Below, piece after piece: positions 41,685-50,111 of a DNA stretch of 64,000 nt. The stretch's first letter is position 1, and each line of letters opens with the position of its first letter. Below the pieces are notes generated by a model, which searched no databases, had not been told where the DNA came from, and saw only the letters and a list, made by a program, of their open reading frames with translations. The stretch is from Bacteriovoracaceae bacterium (GTDB taxonomy: Bacteria > Bdellovibrionota > Bacteriovoracia > Bacteriovoracales > Bacteriovoracaceae). The stretch covers positions 1 through 64,000 of the forward strand of contig JABIHA010000036.1 of the NCBI GenBank assembly GCA_018649885.1, given 5' to 3'. Made by a program: the position numbers and the translations under genes.

Positions 41685-42131
41685 TTATAATGAAAGGGTT
41701 TCTTGCATAAATTCTTTAAGGCCTTGCTCTGTTTGAAGTGATCTAAAATCAATTGTCTCGATTTTATCTTCAATTTTTTCGCAGAAAATTTGTAAAAGCA
41801 GTCTGAGAGCAGTGTTGTCGGTGATTCTTTTTATTTCACGATTCTCATTGGGAAGTAGTCTTTTGGCCCTAGAGATTTCTGCACAGAAGACTTTTAATAA
41901 ATCGATATCTTCAGCTCTAAGTCTTGCACCCTTGGCCACAAACTTGTCGAAAGTTCTCTCAGGGTAAGATTTTTGATATTCCACCTCTGGGTGCTGAATT
42001 TCTCTTTTGACTACTTTGATTTTTTCTACCATCTTTTTGGGGCGCTCAGTGGCCACCAGCTTTTTAGGGGGTACCACTTTTTTTTCTTCTTGTTCTTTAA
42101 CTCTTCTTCCAGTTGAAAAAAATCCTTCCAT
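41685..42131 (-). CDS. Putative ParA partner / centromere-binding protein (RHH-like)
   Basis: 4 bp downstream of parA; basic flexible N-terminus then strand-helix-helix pattern (FVAKGARLR / EDIDLLKVF / TDNTALRLLL). Confidence 0.55.
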   Translation of the reverse strand: MEGFFSTGRRVKEQEEKKVVPPKKLVATERPKKMVEKIKVVKREIQHPEVEYQKSYPERTFDKFVAKGARLRAEDIDLLKVFCAEISRAKRLLPNENREIKRITDNTALRLLLQIFCEKIEDKIETIDFRSLQTEQGLKEFMQETLSL

Positions 42132-42135
42132 GACT

Positions 42136-43023
42136 TTATACCCCCGCTCTTATTTCAGTTTGTGTGTTATTAGACTTTGGTGGAACCGTATTAGTTTCTA
42201 CGGTTTCGATTTCCATAATTCTTTCTAAGATTTCGTCCACAAGCATAATATATTCTTTGTGTCCCCTATCCGATGGTTTGGTGACATCGTAGATGGTTTT
42301 CCGGTCTCTGGGTAAAAAGGCAAATTTTGTTGAAATAGGTATGATGCTTTCATAGAAATGGATGCCGCTATCAACGGCTAAGTCCATCAACTCCCCTATT
42401 GCCTTTTTGGCCATTTTTGGTCTCTTATCCATGGAGGCGACAAAAAAGCCAAGTGGTTCTAGATATTCGTTTTGAAGTTTTTTGACTTTAAAAGCTGCGG
42501 TTATAGTGTCCCCGATTGATTCCATGGAAAGATCAGCTGTTTGAACGGGAATTAAAAAATAGTCACTGGCGATCAGAGCACTTACAGTTGTGATCCCAAG
42601 AGAAGGTGCATTGTCTATTAAGACAAAGTGCATAGATTCTAATTTTTTTGAGGCATCAATTAATTCTTTTAGTAGAGAAAAACCCTCAAGCCCAAGTTGG
42701 TTTAAGATGGCCTCAATATTATAGTTGGCCCCCCTCTTATCTTTTTTCTCGCTGGGAATAATATAGAGATTCTCGCGCGGGGTTTCATAAATCACTGAAT
42801 CAATCTCTCCCCCATTGGCCATAAGGTCGCAGATTCCTGGTAGATTATTTTCTTCTTCCCACACTGGACCAAGTAAACATCTGGTGGCATTACTTTGGGT
42901 GGTATCAAAGTCGATGATACAAGTCTTGTAACCTAGGTCAGCAAGTCTAGCTGCAATATGGACTGTAGCTGTGGTCTTACCTATTCCACCCTTTTGTCCA
43001 GTAACAGAAATAATCCTTGGCAT
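42136..43023 (-). CDS. parA: ParA/Soj partition ATPase (no N-terminal HTH)
   Basis: Deviant Walker A KGGIGKTT, IDFDT, LIDNAPSLG, LIPV; AGGAGG RBS. Confidence 0.92.
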   Translation of the reverse strand: MPRIISVTGQKGGIGKTTATVHIAARLADLGYKTCIIDFDTTQSNATRCLLGPVWEEENNLPGICDLMANGGEIDSVIYETPRENLYIIPSEKKDKRGANYNIEAILNQLGLEGFSLLKELIDASKKLESMHFVLIDNAPSLGITTVSALIASDYFLIPVQTADLSMESIGDTITAAFKVKKLQNEYLEPLGFFVASMDKRPKMAKKAIGELMDLAVDSGIHFYESIIPISTKFAFLPRDRKTIYDVTKPSDRGHKEYIMLVDEILERIMEIETVETNTVPPKSNNTQTEIRAGV

Positions 43024-43034
43024 GCGTCCTCCTT

Positions 43035-43310
43035 GATAGTTTTAAAGTCTAAAACTGTCGACTTTAAAACTCTAAATTTTGAAAGTTTCTACTTGTAAAG
43101 ATTATAGTAGCAAACTTTAAAAGTAGAAACTTTAAAGTTTGGAATTTTACAATTTATAACTTGAGAGTTTTGGACTATTTAGTTTTAAAGTGGTTACTTT
43201 TATAGTTTTAAGTTGGGAAGTTTGCGGTTTTGAACTTAGTACTTTTGAAGTGTTGAACTTGATAGTTGTAAAGTTTGAGAGTTGATAGTTTTAAACTTTG
43301 CAACTGTAAT
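43035..43310. repeat. Centromere-like degenerate repeat array upstream of parA
   Basis: A(G/C)T triplets every 7-8 bp in AT-rich DNA; perfect inverted repeats 43038-43049/43060-43071 and 43082-43094/43121-43133. Confidence 0.75.
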
Positions 43311-43478
43311 GATTCTAGGAGAGTATAGATCATTATTTGAAAATAGGGGACGGCGCGGGCCTTACGGCTTCTCCTTGGAGCCCCTCAAGTGAGTCAGATT
43401 ATGAGTCTTGTTTTGACTTTTGCATTTTTAATTCATCGTACTTAAAAGTCTTCTGGAGCCAAATTAGTTTCAAATGGG

Positions 43479-43518
43479 TAGTTTTAAACTTAACAGTTAT
43501 AAACTTTAAAACTGTTAA
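43479..43518. repeat. Second short cluster of the same repeat
   Basis: TAGTTTTAAACT and TTAACAGTT-N11-AACTGTTAA. Confidence 0.6.
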
Positions 43519-44149
43519 TTAGTGCTTCCTTCTGGGCAGTTTTGGTTTTGTGTTAATATTGGAATGGATTCACCCTGGATTTTAGTTGTGTTCAGAAAGG
43601 CCAAAATGACTGATGAGTAGGGCAGATGGAAAGTTGTAAAAAACCAGGGGTATTAAAAGTTAAACCTATTACTAATACAAGGTTAAACCTTTTATTGGGA
43701 ACTTCTATGCTCTATAATACGAATTATTTAGCATAAGTATTTTGACGCAAAATCACGGACAAAGTTGTTTCAAATTGGCCCAGATTGATTTGGTCCTTGC
43801 TGTGACCTGCACAGATTCAAGACGCCATATTCACCAATTTAAATTGATGTGACAGTGGGTAAGTCATTGGAACAAAACGGGGAATGTTCAAGCTGAAGAT
43901 GACTAGTGAAGCTAATTTAGCTCACAAACTTTATAGGATGGATTGGTGAAGACGATTTTCTTGCAAACCTTTTCTCGAATGGCCTTTAGATAATCTGGAC
44001 CCTTTTGGCGGTAAGGACGGTCTTGGGCCACTTGATATAGACTTAAAACAAGAAGTGCTGGAACTTCAGCCACAAGAAGCCAGGAGTCGTAAAAGAGTTC
44101 AACTTTTCTTATAGTTTGGGAGACTAAATAGGTCGAATTTAGAGTCAAC

Positions 44150-44800
44150 CTATTCAGAAATGGCCTGCTGCTCTTCTAGCTTTGTTTGCATTATATCTTC
44201 ATATGAATGAATGATTCTTGGTACTTGATCTAGAAATACTTTCTCTACCATTTCTGAAGCCTTTCTCTCTTGCCATTGAAGCGCATCAGGATTCATCCTA
44301 AGATGTCCCTCTACAAGCTTGGTCGTAGCAGTGAGCTTATAGTCTCCAGGGTTTGCCCCTGAGTTTGGATCAGTTGTACACATTATAACTTCGATTTTTT
44401 TCACTCTTCTAATCATGTGATGGGAAGATCCCATCATATCTAAAACTACCTTCAGTCCTTCGTCTAGCTGATCATCTCCACATTTACCTGTAACCGTCTC
44501 ACTTATGGCCTCTAAATCAATATTGTGTTTACCAAATAGGGGAATAGAAATGTCTATTCTCATTTTAGGGTTACCGGCTGCTGAGTTATCTAAGGGTACA
44601 GTCTTGGCCCCTACCCCTGGTTGAACTTTTGCTTTAAAAGTTTTAAAAATGGCAGTGAAATCATCAAGTGTGGGGAAAATATCTTTTGGCTCAAGCCCTA
44701 CTGGAATGGCCACCTCAAAATGGCTTGGATCTGAGAGATCGCCTTCAACAGCAAAGGCACTAAAACTAAGTAGTAATGGAATAAACAGCAAATTGCGCAT
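44150..44800 (-). CDS. Secreted hypothetical protein
   Basis: GGGAG RBS; signal peptide MRNLLFIPLLLSFSAFA. Confidence 0.75.
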   Translation of the reverse strand: MRNLLFIPLLLSFSAFAVEGDLSDPSHFEVAIPVGLEPKDIFPTLDDFTAIFKTFKAKVQPGVGAKTVPLDNSAAGNPKMRIDISIPLFGKHNIDLEAISETVTGKCGDDQLDEGLKVVLDMMGSSHHMIRRVKKIEVIMCTTDPNSGANPGDYKLTATTKLVEGHLRMNPDALQWQERKASEMVEKVFLDQVPRIIHSYEDIMQTKLEEQQAISE

Positions 44801-45096
44801 AAGACTCCCTCATTTTTGTATACTTTTAAAAGAGCAAAATTTAGGCCAAAAGATCTAGGTTTGAGTCTCGTAATTCTAGGTGGTTAGCTTGCCTGGTTGT
44901 CTACAACATAGAGCAAGTGTCTAAATAAAATCACATCCTAGCGCCGTGATATTCAAGCGCATTTTTAATGCAAGTGGCCTTTCAGCACTGATGAATTGGT
45001 ATCAACAGTCTTTAACAAAACTAGCATTGCAATTTCAGCTACAGGCTTTTAAGATTCGCGGCATAAAAAATTATTCACTAAAAACCCGGGTCGCTC

Positions 45097-46269
45097 ATGA
45101 AAACTTTTTTCGTCGTAGTAGTATTACTTTCAAATTTTAATTCTGCATTTGGATCAAATGAAAAACTTATTGCTGAAATGATCAGTAAAGTTAACAAGTC
45201 CGAAATCGAACAAGTTATAAGTGAGCTTTCAGGTGAAAAAGAGGTACTTGGTGGGAAGTATATTTTGAGTCGCCAAATTGGACATCCTGGAAATGGTCTG
45301 GCGGCAAAGTATTTAGTGGATTCCTACGAAAAAATTCCAGGTCTTAAAGCTGGAATTCACAAATTTAATCCGCGTTTACTGGCAAAAATTACAGGCACGA
45401 TGATTAAGGGCCTTTATATATCAAAGATGAATAGTGAAGAAAAAAAGATGGCGCTGGCAATAATCAAAGAGACAAAGGATTTTGCGACTAAATACAAAGA
45501 TAGCAATTGGGATAATATTTACTCTATTCACAAGGGAGAGACAAAAGAGCATGTAATTTTAGCTTCTCATTACGACTCAGTTGTTCGAAGGGATAGTGCT
45601 GTTCATAAAAATCCCAAAAAAGGGATCAATAGAGATATTGAGCCTGTAAGAATTGGAAGCTTGTCTCCTGGAGCTGATGATAATGCCTCTGGTGTGGCAG
45701 CGACTATTATTGCCGCAAGGATACTTTCGAAATATAGATTTAAGTACAGCATTATGTTTTTAAATCTCAATGCTGAGGAATTAGGACTTGTTGGAAGCAC
45801 GGCATTTGCTATGAAAGAGCTTATTAAATTTGGAAAAATCAAATCAGTGATCAATGCTGATATGATTGGTCATGATGCTAATGGTGATGGGGTGATGACA
45901 ATTTCATCTGGAGAAAAAGAAGAGGGCCTTAAGGATATTGCTACTATTTCACATAAGAGCTTAAAAAAAGAAGCTGGGTATAATCTGAATCCTACATACG
46001 TATCTATTGAGCAAGACCTAGACGAGCCCCACGGTCCCTTTATTGCCTCTGATCATTTATCTTTTTATAATATGGGAGTTAAAAGGGCCATTATGTTTGG
46101 AGAGGGGGTTTATGACCACGGCCCCAAATTAAACCTTACCCAGATGAACCCGGCCTATCACTCGGTTGATGATGATGTCACAAATCTAAACTTTGATTAT
46201 ATTAACAATATTGTGAAACTCATTGTATCAACAGTGGCCAGAGAAGCAGTTGTTTTAGGGCGTAAGTAA
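45097..46269 (+). CDS. M28-family aminopeptidase, secreted
   Basis: SHYD, GADDNASG, AEELGLVGS, NADMIG, SDH, YHS. Confidence 0.9.
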   Translation: MKTFFVVVVLLSNFNSAFGSNEKLIAEMISKVNKSEIEQVISELSGEKEVLGGKYILSRQIGHPGNGLAAKYLVDSYEKIPGLKAGIHKFNPRLLAKITGTMIKGLYISKMNSEEKKMALAIIKETKDFATKYKDSNWDNIYSIHKGETKEHVILASHYDSVVRRDSAVHKNPKKGINRDIEPVRIGSLSPGADDNASGVAATIIAARILSKYRFKYSIMFLNLNAEELGLVGSTAFAMKELIKFGKIKSVINADMIGHDANGDGVMTISSGEKEEGLKDIATISHKSLKKEAGYNLNPTYVSIEQDLDEPHGPFIASDHLSFYNMGVKRAIMFGEGVYDHGPKLNLTQMNPAYHSVDDDVTNLNFDYINNIVKLIVSTVAREAVVLGRK

Positions 46270-46275
46270 AAGGTT

Positions 46276-47160
46276 TTAAGCCGAGTACATGGTATTCACC
46301 TTTCTGTCTTGTTTAGGAATTCGGTGTTTGTATTTGTACTTGGGATAACCAATCATTAAAGCGCCGTAAATTTTTCTCTTATTATCAAGCCCAAGCATTT
46401 TATTGATTTTTCTAGTTCTCATATTAGATGCTGTAACTAGAAATCCCACATGACAGGTTCCTAGGCCCAATGTTTGGGCCATAAGTTCGATATTACGAAG
46501 TGCAATAGCGCTATTTGTTTGTGCCAAATAATTTGCTTTAAGCCCATGAATGGCAATTACAGCAGGTGCATTTCGAAAAATCATACCTTCTTCTTCATTG
46601 TTTTCTCTTCTACGTACAATTAGCTTATGATATTTTTGATATTGATAAGTCAGTTTTGCACCAAATCTTTTAGACAAAAATTTCTGAATTAATCCTTTCC
46701 CTTTGAAAAATTTGACTCCTCCATGCCAAAGAGAGTCAACAACAACCAGCTCTAACTTTTTGAGAAAACTCTTATCATTTAAAACAATAAAGCCTTCTGT
46801 TTGTACATTTCCAGCTGAGCCAGCATGAGCTGCACATTCAATAAGTTGATTAATGGTTTCTTTTTCAACCTGTTTATCTTTGTATTTTCTGACAGACCTT
46901 CTAGAAAAGATGAGGTTTTGTAAATCGAGAGGTTTTATTTCAGGCTTAGAAATTTTAACAAAATCATCACAGGGTAGAGTGTCATGAGTGACAGCGCCTA
47001 TAGGGCACATGGAAACACAGTGGCCACAGATGCAACAATGGTCGGCAAATCTCACCGTAACATCTTTTTTTTCTACTTCATCTACAGAGAATACATAGTC
47101 GGGACATATCTCGTAACAAATTGTACAGTTGATACAACTTTCTTTATCGATTTTGATCAT
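46276..47160 (-). CDS. Nitroreductase with N-terminal 2x[4Fe-4S] ferredoxin
   Basis: CINCTICYEICP, CCICGHCVSMCP, RRSVRKY, LGLGTC. Confidence 0.9.
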   Translation of the reverse strand: MIKIDKESCINCTICYEICPDYVFSVDEVEKKDVTVRFADHCCICGHCVSMCPIGAVTHDTLPCDDFVKISKPEIKPLDLQNLIFSRRSVRKYKDKQVEKETINQLIECAAHAGSAGNVQTEGFIVLNDKSFLKKLELVVVDSLWHGGVKFFKGKGLIQKFLSKRFGAKLTYQYQKYHKLIVRRRENNEEEGMIFRNAPAVIAIHGLKANYLAQTNSAIALRNIELMAQTLGLGTCHVGFLVTASNMRTRKINKMLGLDNKRKIYGALMIGYPKYKYKHRIPKQDRKVNTMYSA

Positions 47161-47319
47161 GTTTGCTCCCCCCGGAATTGATGTAGTGTTCAATTTTATC
47201 TGGGTTCAAGAGTTGAGGGAATGAGATTTGAAATAATGACAGGCTAGTGTATAAAGTCTAGACACTTAGATAAAGTTTTCAAAATTCACGAGATCCTGCA
47301 TATAAAAAGAAGTAGATCT

Positions 47320-47835
47320 TCACCTAGGGGAATCTGGAAGTAGTAGGTCTTCAAGAAAAAATGCGGAAAGTTGCGATCTTCCAGAGAGTTCTGCTTTTGA
47401 ATAAATTGAAGTGGCTTGGGCCCTGGCCGTTTTCTCGGTTGTATTTCTAATCTCAGCAATTTCTTTAAGACTGAAACCTTTGAGTAATAGGAAGGCGACT
47501 TCTTTTTCTGATTTTGTAAGCAGCCATTTGCCTAATTGATTATCAATAGATTGACTTAATCCTTGCAGGTATTTTATGGAATGCTCTTTCCACAACTTTG
47601 ACTCTTCTTGAAATTTTATGGAGACTTCTCTTTCATGTTTTAGTGTTTTTTTTAACTTAAAAGTTCCTTTCATTAGAAAGAATACACCTACTAGTGAGAT
47701 TATTGCCACGGACCCCTCAACCGAGAGGTGCCACCAGGCGATGCCTTCATTTCTATCTGTGATTAAATCAACTATGGTCATGGCACTAATGGCCAATAAT
47801 ATAGTGGCCATAATGATTCTTTCTCTACTATTCAT
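47320..47835 (-). CDS. Membrane-anchored LuxR-type HTH regulator
   Basis: Two TM helices then LTKSEKEVAFLLLKGFSLKEIA..R. Confidence 0.85.
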   Translation of the reverse strand: MNSRERIIMATILLAISAMTIVDLITDRNEGIAWWHLSVEGSVAIISLVGVFFLMKGTFKLKKTLKHEREVSIKFQEESKLWKEHSIKYLQGLSQSIDNQLGKWLLTKSEKEVAFLLLKGFSLKEIAEIRNTTEKTARAQATSIYSKAELSGRSQLSAFFLEDLLLPDSPR

Positions 47836-47850
47836 TCTGGTCTTTCCTTT

Positions 47851-48600
47851 TTAATCATCATCATGGTCGTCATCATGGTCTCGTTTTCTCGAAGAATGTC
47901 GTCCGCTTTGCGAGTGTTCATCTTCACCTAGTTCAATTGAAGAGCCAAAGAGATTTAGCTTTTGAGTGTCTCGCTCAAAATTATTGTTTAAATATATGCC
48001 AAACGAAGTAAATAGTCCGATAAAAACTATCGCAATAAATGGGTGGTTTGATGCTATCTCTTGCTGTCCATCAACTTCTTCTTTTTTTCCACTAGTCATC
48101 GCAAATGCTAAACCATCTTTGTGCTTAACTTGATGGAAAACCACTCCAACAATATGGGCAATAACGGTAAAGATGAATCCGTTGGCGCACAATTCGTGGA
48201 CCTCTTCAAAAAAATGCTTATTTATACCTTTGCTCATTAAAATTCCAGTGGCGCCAAGACCGATGGTGAAAATGAACATCAAAATGGCTGCATAGCTAGA
48301 GGCCGGATTATGGCCCAAATCTCTCTTTGTTTTTGAGCTGAAAATTGATTTTAAATACTTAATTAGATCTGATGGATTTAATTTAAATGAAGAAAATCTG
48401 GCATATTTGCTGCCTACGAATCCCCAGATTCCTCTCAGGAATATGAGAAATACCATCATGATTCCGCTTAAAGAGTGGAGTGTATACCACTTGGAATCAT
48501 CATCGATGGTGTTGGCGATGGTGAACGCCGCCACGAATAAAATAGCGAAAACCCAGTGAAAAACTCTGGTCGGTAAATCAAAAGCATTTTTTTTATTCAT
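47851..48600 (-). CDS. Cytochrome b/b6 (Ni-hydrogenase b-type) domain protein
   Basis: DLPTRVFHW, GHNP, EEVHE, AHIVGV; His/Asp-rich tail. Confidence 0.85.
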   Translation of the reverse strand: MNKKNAFDLPTRVFHWVFAILFVAAFTIANTIDDDSKWYTLHSLSGIMMVFLIFLRGIWGFVGSKYARFSSFKLNPSDLIKYLKSIFSSKTKRDLGHNPASSYAAILMFIFTIGLGATGILMSKGINKHFFEEVHELCANGFIFTVIAHIVGVVFHQVKHKDGLAFAMTSGKKEEVDGQQEIASNHPFIAIVFIGLFTSFGIYLNNNFERDTQKLNLFGSSIELGEDEHSQSGRHSSRKRDHDDDHDDD

Positions 48601-48782
48601 AGCACTTTCCCTTCTCACGATTAAGTTAAGTTCATTTTGGAGTATTTCAAAGTATTTTTCATGAGACATATGCCCAAGAAAGGCAATTTTTTAGCAATTT
48701 AGGGCATATGTCCATTATGAATTCACAAAAAAAATCCCATATTGAGAGTAGGAAAATACTTTCCTATGTAATGGAGCTACAA

Positions 48783-49049
48783 ATGAAAAAAACATTATTT
48801 ATTTTACTATCATTTTTATTGACCTGCACCGCCTTGGCCAAAAAGAATTGCACCAACCAGCCAGAACAAAATTGGATGAGAATCGAAGACTTTAAAAAAA
48901 TGGCCATAAACCAGGGTTATACTATTAGGAAATTTAAACAACCTGGCTCTTGCTATGAAATCTATGGGAGAAACAAATCAGGTCAACGAGTTGAGGTTTA
49001 TTTTAATCCTGTTGATGGAAGTGTCGTAAAATCAAAATTAGATGGGTAA
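48783..49049 (+). CDS. PepSY-domain protein
   Basis: Signal peptide; CYEIYG..GQRVEVYFNPVDG. Confidence 0.85.
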   Translation: MKKTLFILLSFLLTCTALAKKNCTNQPEQNWMRIEDFKKMAINQGYTIRKFKQPGSCYEIYGRNKSGQRVEVYFNPVDGSVVKSKLDG

Positions 49050-49090
49050 GCTTCACCCTCAAAGGGTGTGGGGCTCATTGTACGACAACA

Positions 49091-49137
49091 AAAACTGGGG
49101 TTTTATCGGGGGGGGGGATAAATTAAACCCCAGTTTT
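49091..49137. terminator. Long hairpin (terminator-like) containing a G10 tract
   Basis: AAAACTGGGGTTT ... AAACCCCAGTTTT between convergent genes. Confidence 0.6.
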
Positions 49138-49165
49138 GTCATTGTATTCAGCCTCTAAGCTAAGC

Positions 49166-50065
49166 TTATGGCCGTAATTTTCCGTACAGATAATTAATAA
49201 ATTCTTTTTTTCTCATCAATGAGTTGTTGCTGCAAAACTTTGCCTCTTTGTCTAGGGAGGTAATCATATTTGCTACTTCTAAGCGAGTTCCAGTGTATCC
49301 TTTTTTGACAAGTTTTTTATAAACCTTTTCAAGATAGGAAGCTCTACGACTTTTACTTTTATTTGAAAAACTATTTGGTCGTCTACCATCAATGTAATCT
49401 AGCCGATTAATATATGTGTAATACATTTTTCTACTTTTAGAAATTTGTCTCAATTCAGATTGAATTCTATTTCGGTATTGCCCATCTTCATTATATCTAT
49501 TATCTCGATATAGTGACTGTCCGTTTGAAATTGACCAAGAAGAATCAAGTAATGCAGCTACAAATTCGTAAGAATTTTCTTTGGTATAGTTCACGCTTCC
49601 CAAAATCCCCGCTGCAACTCCAATAGGTGCGGCAATAGGGAATAATACTGGCAAGGATGCCCCTACAGTTGCTACCATAAATGTGGGAACCAGAATCTTA
49701 TTTTTTCTTTTGTGGTACTTTTTCAAACCTACTTGCCAATAAAAATCACTACATGAATCAACAAATCCCGGAGGAGTTAGTCCATATTCTTTCTCCATAC
49801 ATTGATACCATTTTCGGGAAAGTTTACTTCTTCGTGATTTTTTGAATTCGTCACATGGGAAATTTGATTTTTTTCTTTCGAAAACAAATGGGATATTTGG
49901 TTCAACTCTATTTGCATTAATGGTGAGATCATTTTCAAAATCAATCTCTGTAACTTCTTCCGAACAATTTTGGTAAGGATCATTTTCTGAGCAGTCTTTT
50001 GCAATCACAACAGTACTCAACATTAATAGCGAAAAAATTAAAAAAGTCTTAGATGCTAAATTCAT
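49166..50065 (-). CDS. Secreted protein: CglF-like motif plus hydrophobic-hairpin module
   Basis: Signal peptide; TEIDFENDLTINANRVEP; SC..Y ... FC...LM...F..YL. Confidence 0.7.
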   Translation of the reverse strand: MNLASKTFLIFSLLMLSTVVIAKDCSENDPYQNCSEEVTEIDFENDLTINANRVEPNIPFVFERKKSNFPCDEFKKSRRSKLSRKWYQCMEKEYGLTPPGFVDSCSDFYWQVGLKKYHKRKNKILVPTFMVATVGASLPVLFPIAAPIGVAAGILGSVNYTKENSYEFVAALLDSSWSISNGQSLYRDNRYNEDGQYRNRIQSELRQISKSRKMYYTYINRLDYIDGRRPNSFSNKSKSRRASYLEKVYKKLVKKGYTGTRLEVANMITSLDKEAKFCSNNSLMRKKEFINYLYGKLRP

Positions 50066-50111
50066 TTTGTTAACCTCCGGTAAGTGTGCATATATTTTTA
50101 TAAACTAATGA

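Noticed and set aside
43912..44148. 78-aa ORF downstream of 44150
   Set aside because: TTG start and no recognisable features. Possible but unsupported.
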